The notes under the pieces are model-generated. The model searched no databases. It was not told where the DNA came from and saw only the letters and a program-made list of their open reading frames with translations. From contig NW_024704742.1 in assembly GCF_018977255.1 (NCBI RefSeq), forward strand, positions 114,392,001 to 114,456,000: a stretch of DNA of 64,000 bases, given 5' to 3'. The DNA comes from Callorhinchus milii. Its lineage: Eukaryota. A program made the position numbers and the translations under genes. This document shows positions 26,861 through 40,009 of this stretch, piece after piece (within the stretch, counting starts at the first letter, position 1; each line of letters begins with the position of its first letter).

Positions 26861-28758
26861 TATTACAGGACCTACAATGAGATAATTCTATATCTATTTT
26901 TCTGATGTGGCCTAAAGAATCATTTGTAAGCCACTGTCATTGAACTTTGAGGTGGAGAACTCCACATGAATGGGAAAAAGCAAGCTCACATTGACTGAAC
27001 TCAAATCCCAATTATCAATGATGCCTACTTTGGAAAATGCACACTTCCAATATTAATTTTATATTCAAGAAAGGTTTTGCATGGCAGTGTATTTCTAGAA
27101 ATGTTCTGTAGTTGAGCCAACGTATCCTGTGAGATGTTTCATTACTTCAGACGTATTGGTTCCCGCAATACAAAGATTTGAAATAGTAAATCTGGTTTAT
27201 ATTTCCTGTTGCAAATTACTCTCACTGGGGGCTGAGTAGAGCCCAGCACATGGGCAAACAAGCATGTGGGCAGAGCTCCACTCATTTTTAATGTGTAAGT
27301 GCCAGTTATGTGACACATGTTTACTACAAAGGGACACAATGGTAATATATACAACAATTGTTCATTGTTCATCTGTGAGTCTTGACAATGAGAACTTATT
27401 TTTTAAAAAGTTGACAAGTTTCTTAACCATGAAGCATGACAGTTGACCCTTTTTCTGTCTTCACCCGACATCCACACTGAGCAGGAGTCGCTGGATAGTG
27501 AATTTTCTCTCCGTAACTCTGAACTAGTTCTAGTTGCTCTACTGGTATCTGGGCTGAGATGAGCACAGTGAAGTGATTGGCCCTGTGACCTTCCCTGGTC
27601 TATTTGTTTGGTTCCTCAGCCTTTCCCATCGTATTCCACTGTCTTGGTTTTGTGAGCATTATGGTTGAGACCTCCTATAGTGTCAACCACTGTGATGCAA
27701 AACTCATAGTGAGATACTGCAGTTCATGTGAATGGAGAACAAGTGTTGGGTACTTCTTCCTACAAATTTCCAGAATAGAAACAGAGGCAGCCAGTGTAAT
27801 TGCACAATTCAGAATGACCCCCCCATTAATGATCAATCAAATTAATTGTATAGATTACCCGCAGTGAAATATAAAGCTGCACACATAAAATATCAGAATA
27901 GTTCCTGTGGAGGGGGGGACAGTAAACTTGAAATCTGAAGGTTCTTCTCAGCATTGCTCATACACGTTTTCTACTGGAACAACTGAGATATACAAAGGTT
28001 TTACCATTCCATTCTCTTTACAAAGCGGACAAACTGAATACAATATATAATTCACATACAATATATATTTCTAAGCAGATCAAGATTTGCGAACAATTAA
28101 ATCATCTTTAGAATTTATCAAATCCTCTCACTGCATACATCTAAAATATCCTATTTTATCCAGCATCTAAGGAACAGTGTGGTATCCCAGCAATGACTAG
28201 GCTCATTCTGGAGAGAACATGAGGAAAACGATTTTTAAAAAAGTCAAAATTCTGACAACCCAAGAGAGCAGTTGTCTCATTTTGCATGCATCTCAGTAAA
28301 GATGCACACACACTATCACCTCCAAATCTATCTGAGAAATAGTAGTCCAAATGTGCCACTTTAAGAATCCTGTTCCAAACAAATACAGAGCACACAGCAG
28401 TATCCAATAGGCCTTTAGCAATGGTGAACACATCTGTAATGTGCACCACCTATACCATTCTAAATCCTTAAGCTGGTCTGCAAAATAATTGGGGGTCCTG
28501 AGTTTTTCTTATTATAAACATATGGCATTTAGACACAAAATACAGTAGAACCTTGTTATAAAGTGCTTCATTAGAACGTGCGTTGTCTTATTACATGATT
28601 GGGGTTTGAGCCCTGACATTAACTTACCCGAAATCTTCAAAATTTGTGGGCCTGCTGCATTGTGGTTCTAATCCATGGACACAGCAGGACGAGACACAGC
28701 CAGTGCTGGGAAAATTAAAATGACTGACTTTGGGTCATCATTTCATCACTGATGTGAG

Positions 28759-29078
28759 ATAATAATAATAATCCTTGCATTTGATATAGCGCTTTTCACG
28801 TCTTCTCGACGTCTCAAAGCGCTTCACAGAATAGACTGTAAAATGAATTGACTGTATATTTGTGGGCGAAATACAGCAGCCAATTGCGCATAGCAGCGTC
28901 CCACAAACAGTCATGGATTGAAAATGACCAATTTATTATTGTTTGGTTTTGTAGGGATTATTATTAGGCGTGTGGAGTAAGGAAACTTGCCCAAGGTTTC
29001 ACCCTGACCTGCCTGGAATTGAACCCAGGTGTCTCGCTTGCAAGGCAAGTGCTCTAACCAGTGAGCTACGGGACTCCA
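28759..29078 (-). mobile_element. Full-length young tRNA-derived SINE, same family as 61093-61407
   Basis: Colinear and highly similar to the 61093 copy from head to tail. Confidence 0.92.
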
Positions 29079-29339
29079 CATCAGTTGATAATCTGGATGT
29101 CGGCAATTTGGCTTCCCCACACCGCCATCATTTTGTCCTTCTACATTTTCACGTGCAGTGAATGCAGAAACATTGTCTGTGAGGATGTCTGTGTGTTTCT
29201 GTGTACCTCTCTCTGCAATCATGCACAGTTGTAGCACTGGTTGGGTTTTATCAACCGCCAATGGAGCTCTACTGAACTGCTAAATAGTACTTCTGGCAGT
29301 TATGATAAAAATGCTTTTTATACTTTAAGTTTGCCGAGC

Positions 29340-29640
29340 AGTAAGTGGGAATCTACTTGTTGGTCGATTGGCAGATCGCATTCCGGGGGTAATAATCCCT
29401 TAAAAAAATGATTTTGTCACTGAATCCACAGCTGTTTGTGGGACACTGCTGTACGCAATTGGCTGCCTGGTTTCGCCCACAAAGTATACAGTCAATTCAC
29501 TTTACAGTATATTCTGTGAAGCTCTTTGAGAAGTCTCAATGACGTGATAATAAAAATCCTTGCATTTGATATAGCATTTTTCACGTCTTCTAGTGATAGG
29601 CGCTGTATCAAATGCAAGGATTATTATTATATTATTATAT
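29340..29640 (+). mobile_element. 5'-truncated SINE variant with an inverted tail insertion
   Basis: tgtttgtgggacactgctgtacgcaattggctgcc body and ...tatcaaatgcaaggattattatt tail. Confidence 0.8.
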
Positions 29641-30328
29641 TATTAAATTCTGATCTTAAAAAAAATTAAATAAATACAGAGTGATTGCATTAAGTAATAT
29701 TTTCTTTGAGCAATACAGAGTATTAAAAAAATGAACGTTTTTTTCTATCTGAACAGGTTATTGTGGCAGATGTCCTCGGAAAACAGATGGGATTCTCCTG
29801 CAGACAACAAACCAGGAGTAGCAGCAAGAAACTATGAGAAAAAGTTGGAAGCAAATAACACATGAATTGAAAAAGCAAAACACTAAGATAGCAATGACAA
29901 TGTAATCTAATTATACTAATACGTCAATTTCATCTCAAGGTAAAAAACATAATTCTAGAAATGTTGATTTTCTTCTTTATTATCAGTTGCAGGCAAGAAT
30001 TTTTTTTAAATGTTGTACTTATGTACAGAGCCAAATTCTCTACTTGAATTCTGCCCAAATCCAGTCCTCAATACGAACTGTAACCTTTCAGCTATCCAAG
30101 ACTGGAACAAATAATGCAGTTTTGCAGACGTCAGTATGCACTATAATTGGCTCTGAATCGCATACTCCAGGATGCATCATGCAATGACGTTGATTACAAT
30201 GCTACATTAAGAAATGATTCAGACATGCTACCCAATGTTTTGTTACTTTTGGTCGATAAAAAGGCTTTTAAAAAGGCAGAACACCACAGTGCCAGATATA
30301 GAACCACAGCTGTTACAATCATCTTCAC

Positions 30329-30753
30329 GTCAACTGGCTTAGCGTTAGCACTCTCTCTTCTGAGTTGGAAGGTTGTGGATTCAAATCCCACATCGGGACT
30401 TGAACACACATAGTCTAAGGGGACACTCCAAATAGGTCTGTACGGGTCTTACATTGTGAATCCTGTGAGACATTAAACCAAAGTCGCATCTCCCTGTTCA
30501 GGTGGATGTTAAAGATCCCATGGCACTATTTGAAAAGAGAAGGGAGTTTCTCCCGTTATCCTGGCCAACAATCCCCAAAATAAAATTGGTCCCTCACTCC
30601 ATGGTTGTTTGTGAGGCATTGCTGTGTATAACTGGTTGCTGCGTTCAATCAATAAAATACACAGTCATTGCACTTTACAGTATATCCTATGAAGGGCATT
30701 GAGATCTCAACGACATGATAAGGTGCTATATCAAATGCAAGGATTATTATTAT
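30329..30753 (+). mobile_element. Deu-domain tRNA-SINE, near full length
   Basis: Head, core caggtggatgttaaagatcccatggcactatttgaa, tail aaatgcaaggattattattatt. Confidence 0.85.
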
Positions 30754-33397
30754 TCCCTTCCTTCCTCTTACCGAGAAAAGACTAGGTTTCACTGTCAGTA
30801 AATATTGTATTGAGGCAAAAGAGATTGGGTTAATGCTCATAAGATTACAAGATCACAAGAATAGTTTTTATTTAAAAAATGTCCTTTGGCCAGTCCAATC
30901 TTATCCTTCCAAAATACCCACTCTCCTGTCCTCCCATCACAGCATCAAGCTTTTTTAAAAAAATGGGACCAGGCACCCTTCCTGACAACCTGTACTTGAT
31001 GATAGTTACTCTTTGGGTATCTGTCCTGATTCACCCTTTCCAACTCTAAATACTCCTAATACTCCTAACTGAAAACCATGATTGGTATTGGAGTATATAG
31101 GGATATTGCAGACTGAGATGAGATGAACAAGAAACAATGTTATATATGGAGTGACGGAAACCAGGTTTGAGTAGTAGACATGTGTAAGTACATTAAAAAA
31201 GATAAAGAGCTGTAAAGGCAAATAAAATGCAGATCAGACAAGTCAAATGGTATACTCCTGTGCCAGTGTGATCAGAATGAATAATCCAGACTTTCTGCTT
31301 GAATCGAGGAATATCAATGAAGAGCTTTTCTCTGGGTAGAATGAGTGGGGTGACGTTTTTGTGGGCAGATATTGCATATTCTATTGAAATAGCACACTCG
31401 AGTCAGAGCAGGAGTTTAAATGCAGGATATATCTGTTACATCTCTTAACCGTAACTTTCGGAAAGTGCCCAAGCATCATGTTTGCAACATATCCAAGTGT
31501 AACTTTAATTTAATGCTGTCTGTGTCGGGGGCAAAAATATGAGTAGCTTTAAGTCACATCAAATTGGAATGAGACAAATATATTTAATAGGATATCCACA
31601 ATCATCAAAGAGAGGTGAGCCATTTTACTTAGGATGCCCACAATCATCAGAGAGAGACTTTTTTTAGGTTTGTCAAACACCATTCTAGTGTTAAGACACT
31701 TTTTGAAAACAGCACAGATGTGTTTATGAAACAAGATATTAAAGTCAAAGGGAATCAATTGTGCACGAGAAAAGCTTTCAGTAACTATAAATAAAACTAA
31801 AGAAAGGCATGAAACGCAGAATCTCTGCGCAGTGTCCAGTCAAAGCAAAGTCTCTAAGTCAGCATTAAAATTGTAGCATTCAAATAGGAAAACCTGCTGA
31901 TGACAGTACATAAACGATTAATCTGTCTGACCACTCTATCTCCCAATTATGAGGCATAAATGATCACATTGCACACCATTTTTAGACAACTATACTGTGT
32001 AAGGGAACAGTTAAAATTAATGTAGTTCACCCTCAGCAGCACTGATTATTTGAAGATAACGTAATATCTAAACTACAACAACAATAACTTGCATTTGTAT
32101 AACGCCCTCCACGTCGGCCGACGTCCCAGAGCACTTACAATCTCTGTGTTATGTATATATGCATATTTTAAGAAGTGAACTAACATTTATATCTAAAGGG
32201 ATAGCAGGGGTGGATGTACAGTTGAAGGATTGGGAGGGGGTTCATTTTGTGACAAAAGTATTAAGCAAATTTTAATTAAATTCCCACAAATAAAAATTGT
32301 ATTTATTTAAAATAGTAATAACTCTTACATTTTATATGGTCCCTTTCATGTTGGGAGAACACCTACGCTTCACAGAATTCACTGTAAATTGTAGTGACTG
32401 TATTTTTGAAGGTTTTTCTAGTAGGTTATAGAATCTAACTAGTAACATTACAAACAGGAATAATGGTCTGAGGGCAACATGTCTAATTCAGAACATCCGT
32501 TTAAAAGCATTAAACACAGGAATAAGCAAGGACCTCAAGGCACCAGTAAGTGCACAATGAGTGGGCAGATAGATGACAGATGCAGCTTCATGTTGGGAAA
32601 TGTGAAGTCATATATTTTGGGAAAAAGAACAAAGAAAGGAAGTATACTCTCAGATTAGAATAGCTAGCTCTAATGGAACAGTTTAGGCTCGATGGACCAA
32701 ATGACCTCCTATGCTGTAATTTCTATGATTCAACAATGTTGTTGAGGAACATAAGTGCATCTATAGGAGTGCACCTTGATCTTTAAAGGCGGAAAAGCAG
32801 GTAAGAAAGGCCTTAAAAAAGAAAAAGGGAATCTGGGTTTTGTACATGCAGAATATAGCATTGAAAGGAAGTGATAGTACAATTTTACAACACATTGGTT
32901 AGGTTGTAATGAGAGTCCCACAGGCACTTAGGACTCTGTCTGACAGACAAGCAAACATAACATAAGATGGACTTAGAATCAAGAGGTAAAGTGGTGGAGG
33001 GTGGTTTTGGGTGTCATCCGACATTATTTGTGTCCCTAGCTACTGCCTTCTGGGTGGAGTTTCTGGAAGCTACTAAAAGCTACAATGTACTTCACCATCC
33101 TCTCCAAACCACACACCATGATTATTGGTTCTGCTACCAAAACAGGGCAAGCCACTTCTGAGGCAGGCACATCTAGTTGGGAGATGGTGCGATCCAAAGA
33201 TGTAGCACAGACATCTCTACAACAAATAATGAAACCCATCAAATCGGTGATTCATAGGATTCGCCTGGAGAAAGGGAAAGGGCTGCAAGTACGGTTCCCT
33301 TATTGCTGCCCCACTCCATCCCAGCCACCCAACACAATACATGAATGACCGATAATCATAGAACCCCGTCTCTCACACACACACATCCACACACATG

Positions 33398-33833
33398 TAT
33401 CAGCTGGCAAAGTTGGAAGCACTTTCACCTCTGTGTCAGAAGGTTGTGGGTTCAAGCCCCACATCGGCACATGGAACTCATACAGTCTAAGATGACACTC
33501 CAATGCAGTGCTGAAAGCATGCTGTAGTGTTGGAGGTGGCATCCTTCAGATGAGTTATTAAATCCAGGTCCCATCTGCCTGCTCAGGATGTCAAAAAAAA
33601 TTCTATTGCACTGCTCGAAAAAAGGGAGTTTCTCCTGGTGTTTTGGCCACAATTCCACAAATAATACTTGTCATTCACTTCAGGACTGTTTGCGGGACGT
33701 TGCAATGCGCAAAATTGGCTGCCAAGTTCACCCACAAAACACGCAGTCACTGCACCTTACAGTATATCCTTGAAGGGCTTTGGAACGTCATCTCAATGTG
33801 GAAGGCAGTATATCAAATGTAAAGATTATTATT
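33398..33833 (+). mobile_element. Deu-domain tRNA-SINE, near full length
   Basis: cagaaggttgtgggttcaagcccc head, Deu core, degraded tail. Confidence 0.85.
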
Positions 33834-35319
33834 AGTATAATTCACTGAACCTGCTTGGCTAAGCCTCTCTCCACCCGACAAGCACCTTACTGTTTCTAAC
33901 CCCCCCCAATGCATAATGTGATCAAACCATATAAGATTTTTTTTATATGCTCTGCAGCTATCTGTAACCTGTATTGCACCAAATCAAACTTGCAAAACTC
34001 AAACAGATTCAATTAAAAATAATAATGAGTTTACATTGACCTAATCTGTGTTAACATCATTGTTAAAAGATTACATTTTGGATTCATTAGTTGTTCCATG
34101 CATTATTTCGGAAAGTAAAGCAAACTATTCCTTGCCATTTACTGAAATTAACACAAGTCACCAAATTACAGAGATCAAAAGAAAAGACATGAATGCTGGA
34201 AATCAGAAAAGCAATAATATGCACAGCATGTCGATCAGTATTACAAAGATAAAAAAGGTACGAGTTCTGATGAAGGGTAACACCCACAACTTTAATGTAT
34301 CTCTCTTTCAGCTGCTGCACAACTTTCTGTAATATTTATGTGCAATATTTTCTATATCTAATCACAAGAAATTCCAATTTCCACAAATATTTTCTAATTT
34401 TGTCTTCTGGGGAGGGAGACTGGTTGCTTCCTAATCCTGAAAAAAATCATAAAAACAAGAACAACTTGCATTTATATGGCGTCCCTCATGTGATGGAAAA
34501 TAGGTGGGGGGATATCAAAGCATTTGCCAACAAATCAAAACAACATTTTAAACTTAATATTTCTGCTACTGAAGTACAAAATAATCAAAATATTATCAAT
34601 GCAGAAACAACATAAATTTTTTATGCCACTGGAGTAGGGAGCTGATAATTTATTAATGCAATGTAGTCAGCTAATACTTTGAAACTTCCAATAGAGAGAA
34701 ATGTTGCAGTTCCACAATGGAAATATATGTGGAAAAAGGCACTTGTGATTTATCAATGCCAGCAGATAACTGCTCGAAAACATTACAACTAAGTTTTTAC
34801 AAAACATATTTGCCACCCTTCACCTGCTAATACTTAATTAGGATCCTCCCACAATGAATATTGCATGACACACTGCCACAGATCAAGGAACCTCCATCAT
34901 TTTCAAAAGGTATATTAGCATTTTGACAAATGGTTTGCCAGTTATTGTAAAAATAGGACACAACGATTTGGAGCCTTTAGTTTATTGTGACAGGTAGATT
35001 TAGTTGTGATTTATCTGATTCTATTCCCTCAGAAAAATCAAGAGGCCAAGCACAATGAGAATGGAACGAACCAAATTTGTCATACAAACTATGATAAAAA
35101 AAAACAAGAATAGGATATGTTCCTTATCCAATGATATTGAAACATGACAAGTACAATCTTGCAAAACTACAAATACAATATGCAAAAATATCCAATGAAT
35201 TTAAATGTAAAACAGGAAAATAATCTAACCATCAAAATACCTTACTATCTAGTGAAATTTCATAAATAAATAGCCTGCGTTAGGTAAAGCATCATTGTGC
35301 ATGAATGACTAGCTAGTGG

Positions 35320-35885
35320 CTATCCTCCACGGAGAGGAGGGGGGAATAAGCAGGGTCTCCTCAGAGCTGAGTTGTCTCAAAGGTGATGTGCTTGGCAACA
35401 AAATGTCAGAATCTAGTCATCCCTCTATGGCCGTCTTGGGAGTTCAGTTATCGAGCTAGACGTGTCCATAGTACTCCAAGGCTCTACTGATAAGAGACCA
35501 GCCAGTCTGGCCCATGTCATGGCTTGGAGGGGCAGACCATTCACTGGGGCAGGATACTTTCATTTGGCTTCTGTGAATCCTACAAAGATGGGTAGGGTGG
35601 TCCCAGCTGAACAAGCAGTCGGAAGCTTTTCTTTTGTTGGTTGAACTCCAGCAGTACCCCAATGCACACTCTGGGGTTCCCAAGTCTTGGCTCTCGCCAA
35701 CTTGCAGCTAATACTCTCTGGAAGTAGGTAAGCAAGGTGAGTCCCTTGTGAGAGAGTGCACATTCCCCTGCAAACACTGGGAAGTTTCCATGAGTGGGCG
35801 GCATACATATGTGAAACTCTAGTTTAGACATTCTTAAGCATGATGAATTACCAAAAGTGTCAGCCACCAGGCTGACCAAAACATG
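35320..35885. repeat. Unclassified dispersed repeat, copy 2
   Basis: Shares gggtctcct, cactggggcagg, ggtagggtg, actccagcagtacc, ctgggg, atactctctggaa.taggtaag, cttaagcatg and gctgaccaaaa in order with copy 1. Confidence 0.75.
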
Positions 35886-36649
35886 ACTGGAAAAATGGTT
35901 TGTTACAAACGTGAACTTGTGAAGGAACAGACTAATTTTAAAAGGTCGCTTATGATGTTTCTTCAAAATATAACTGCATTGGTTCACTGAGACAGCATGT
36001 TAGAATCCATGTACTACAGTATAATATTGTTTGCATCTCAAATATTTTCAGCAGTATCCTCAACCATCTTACGACTTTTTAAAAAAAACTTTATCTTAAT
36101 CTGAAAATGTTTTCATTCTTGGTTAATTTACCAAAAGAAACACCCACTTCTAAAACGTCTTGGTTTTATAGTTATGAAGCTGCTTTATTTAATGAATCTT
36201 TAATGTTTTAATGATTTAAAGTTTGCCACATCAAAATAGCTATTCTCCAAATGGACAAAGACAATTTCCAATAGTCGACACATATTCTTTTGGAATCCTG
36301 ATTTCCAAATACATAGCAGTTTCACCTTTATGTTTTGCCCACAAAACATACAGTCGATTCACTTTACAGTGTATTCCGTGAAGCCCCTTGAGATGTCTAG
36401 AAGACATGATAAGGCGCTGTATGAAATGTAAGGAATATTATTATTATTATTTACTACATAAATATGTTGCATGTACTACTGTGGATAAATCACACTGATG
36501 TGTAAGTCGCATCATAATATAATACATGCTTAAAGCAATCAACAGATTCTATTATTAAATCCAGTTCCTCACAAATTTCACATTGATAGTAGTTAGTTAC
36601 ATTTTAAAAGTGAAGCCTAAAAACTTAATGGGATACTCTTAAAAGTATC

Positions 36650-39600
36650 CCCTCCTGAGTTGTCTCCTGTTGCCCGCAGACTGATGCTGCCCCGTTGATC
36701 GCTCGCTCCCGGTCTCTGGGCCCGCATTTTGGCTGCCACCCCGACCCGAGATGCTACCCCTGAAAATGTTCCTGCTCCTATCCCACATGCTCCACTACTC
36801 CCACTCTGTCCTTCTCTCCCACTGCCCTCCTCACCTTCTGTCTCTCCTAGACCTCACCATTACCTCCCTCTACTACAGCCAGGCCCATCGTGGCTTCTGG
36901 CGTTGGTTGTCCCAGAGCAGCCACCCCAACTGACCCATCGCGCACTCTCCCTGCACCAACGTTTCACCACACATCCCGCCCAAACCAATGTGGCAGCGGG
37001 GTGGCCCTCATTTCCCAAGCTTCCCTTGGACTATCCCCCTATTCCTCTGGCTGATTCTCCTGCTTTGAACACCTCACCCTCTACCATCCCTCCTCTCTAT
37101 CCCTCAAAATCCTCCTAGTTTACTGCCCCCCGTAAAACCTCCTGGCTCCTCCCTCACTGATATCTCCTCTCTCCTCTCATCCCTGTTCCTCTGCACCGAA
37201 CACCTGCTCACAATGGGTGATTTCAACCTCCATCTAAACTCCCCTTGGACCACCTCCTCGGATTTCACTGCCCTCCTCTCCTCCCTAAACCTCACCCTCC
37301 ACATCAACTCGCAGATCCACAACCATGGCCACTCCCTCGACCTCGTCATCACATATGGCCTTGACATTTCCAACCAGTCTATCACGGACAAGGCCATCTT
37401 GGACCACTTCCTCATCTCCCTCTCCTCCTGCATCCCCCTCCCATCTTCTAAGCCCTCCACCATTTTTTTCCGCCCCTGGAAAAAGCTTCTCGCCTGAGTC
37501 TCTTACAAATGACATTTCTTCCTCAGACCTCCTCTCCCTCTGGTCCTCCACCCACAGCAGCCAGTAATGCAGTTGTCAAGCTGCTGAACGACCGTCTCTC
37601 CACAACCTTCAATTCCCTGGCTCACCTGAAATCCAGGGTTGTATCCAAACCCAACTGCTCCCCTGGTATAACAGTCATCTCCGCTCACTCAAACACAAAC
37701 CCGGACGCTCGAGCGCAGATGCCAGAAATCTAGCCTCACGATTCACCGCCAGCTGTGGCTCGAGCGCCTCCACACCTACCCCCTCTCTCTTTCACAGGCC
37801 AAAACTGACTTTTACTCCAAAGTCATCCTGGAGGCAAACAACAAACCAAAGACACTGTTCTCCATCACCTCCTCTGTGCACCCCCTCAAGCCCCTTCTAT
37901 CCTCACATCAAACGCCAAGTGCGAAGAGGTCCTAGACTTCTTCGCCTCAAAGATTGAAAACATCTGCTTGGCTGCATCGTACTCCCACCCTTCCACCCCA
38001 ATGTCCCCTTCCACGACACCCAGACTATCCACCCCGCTTCCTCCCTCCGCCATGGCTCCTGCCACTACCCCCTCCTTACACTTCTTTGCCCCACATTTCT
38101 CCCTCTCAACCACAATCACCTGGATGAACTTCACCACCTACGGACTCGACCTCCTCCCCACCCAGCTGCTGATCACTCAACTCCCCCTCCTCTCCACCCT
38201 GCTGGCCGACACAGTCAACCAGTCTCTCTCCTCAGGCTCTGTTCCACTCCCCCTGAAAACCGCTGTTATCACACCCCTCCTGAAAAAACCCTTCCTTGCC
38301 AAAGTCCTGGAACGCATTGTTGCAGGTCAACTTCAGTCACACTTCTCCCTCCATTCCCTCCTTGAGCCCCTGCAGTCTGGTTTTCGCCCTGCCCACAGCA
38401 CAGAGACAGCGCTTGTCAAGTCACAAACTATGTCATCTCTATCTGTGACCAGGGATCCCTCTGCCTTCTCATCCTCCTGGATCTCTCTTCCGAGAGTAGG
38501 GCATTCGGCCCCTCGAGTCTGCCCCACCATTTAATAAGATCATGGCTGATCTTCTAACCTAATTCCATTTACCTGACCTATCCCCATGTCCCTTAATCCC
38601 TCTATCCTTTGGAAATCTATCAATCTCAGTCTTGAATATGTTCTACAAGGACTGAACATCTACAACCTTCTAGGGTACAGAATTCCACAAATTCACTACC
38701 CTCTGAGTGACGAAATGTTTCCTCATCTCAGTGCGAAAAGACTGACCCTTAATCTTGAGACTATGACCCCAAGTTTTAGATTCTCCAACCAGGAGAAACA
38801 GTCTCACGGCATCTACCCTGTCAAGACCCTTAAAAATCTTATAGGTTTCTATAAAATCACCTCTAATTCTTCTATATTCTAGAGAATATAGGCCTAGTTT
38901 ACTCAACCTATCCTCATAGGTTAACCCCCTCATCCCAGGAACCAAACGAGTGAATCTACGCTGCACTCCCTCTAAGGCGAGTATGTCCTTTCTTAAATAA
39001 GGAGACCAAAACTGCACACAATATTCTAGGTGCGGTCTCACCAAGGCCTTATACAACTGCAGCAAGACTTCCCTACTCTTGTACTCTAACCCTTTTGCAA
39101 CGAACGCCAACATGGCATTAGCCTTCTCAGCTCCTGCCTGAATTACTCAAATGTACTCTTCCCCTGTCTGCCCACTTCCACTGTTCAAAAAATCCAGCTG
39201 ATTCAGAACTCTGCCGCCCACATACTTACCCGGAGGACCAAACTCCATACCCACATCTCACCAGTTCTGGCCAGGCTTCACTGACTCCCCATCACCGAAT
39301 GGATCAACTTCCAAGATCCTCATACTCGTGTTCAAATCCCTTCACTCTCTGGCACCTCTCTACCTTTCCGACCTCCACACACCGAATCCACCACCCGGCG
39401 CCTCCGCTCAACTGGCACCGGCCTCCTGCTCATCACTCGCACCCTCCGCCCCACCATAGGAGGTGGCGCTTTCAGCCACTACGACCCAAAACTTTGGAAC
39501 ATTCTCTATTCTCTCTTAATCTCTCTACCTTTCCCCTTCTCTCCCATTTTTCAAGTCCCGCCTGAAAAGTTCCTCTTCAACCGTGCTTATGGCCACAATC

Positions 39601-39698
39601 CCCCCCACCCACTCTGGCTCAGAGTCAGGCTCCGCCACTGTTAAGCGCTTTGAGATGCTACCCTGCGTGGAGGGCGCTAAACAAGTGCTATTGTTGTT
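36650..39698 (+). mobile_element. Degenerate L2 LINE (APE endonuclease, RT start, C-terminus and tail), interrupted by CR1
   Basis: APE motifs MGDFNLH, GHSLDLVIT and DHFLI; RT start LKTAVITPLLKKP, LAKVLERIV, QSGFRPAHSTETAL, LILLDLS; resumes at about 39130 with QLIQNSAA; tail ttgttgtt at about 39695. Contains frameshifts. Confidence 0.92.
38494..39127 (-). mobile_element. CR1 LINE fragment nested antisense in L2
   Basis: Uninterrupted 147-aa ORF 38670-39113 (LYKALVRPHLEYCVQFWSP, RLSKLGLYSLEYRRIRGD, FVTQRVVNLWNS) is the CR1 ORF2 C-terminus, followed by CR1 3' UTR. Confidence 0.95.
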
Positions 39699-40009
39699 CC
39701 ATATCTGTATATGCTAGGAACACATTTTGAAAATACAATAGCCAAGAAAATTAATTGTGATCCATGTAGGCAACAAAGCTTTACAACATACACTGACTTC
39801 TCCCTTCGTTAAAGGTTTGTCTATTTCTCCGAATTGAATAGGTGCATTTTTTCTGTTTATGAGATAAAATAATAATCAGATATCATAATCAGAAACATGC
39901 AGTATATCATACAGAATCTGCGCTAGTAATGGAATGAATTAACCTGTTTTTTTAAATTGTAGAATTGTTTAGAGGTGGAAAAAAGCATTGCATACTCGAC
40001 TTAATATAT

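Noticed and set aside
29020..29078. tRNA-Ala(TGC)-like sequence (also about 61345-61407)
   Set aside because: SINE head: the acceptor stem is not intact and it continues into a SINE body and tail.
31579..31657. Local 28-bp tandem duplication (taggat..ccacaatcatca.agagag); similar small duplications at about 5603, 9285, 46622
   Set aside because: Ordinary slippage duplications.
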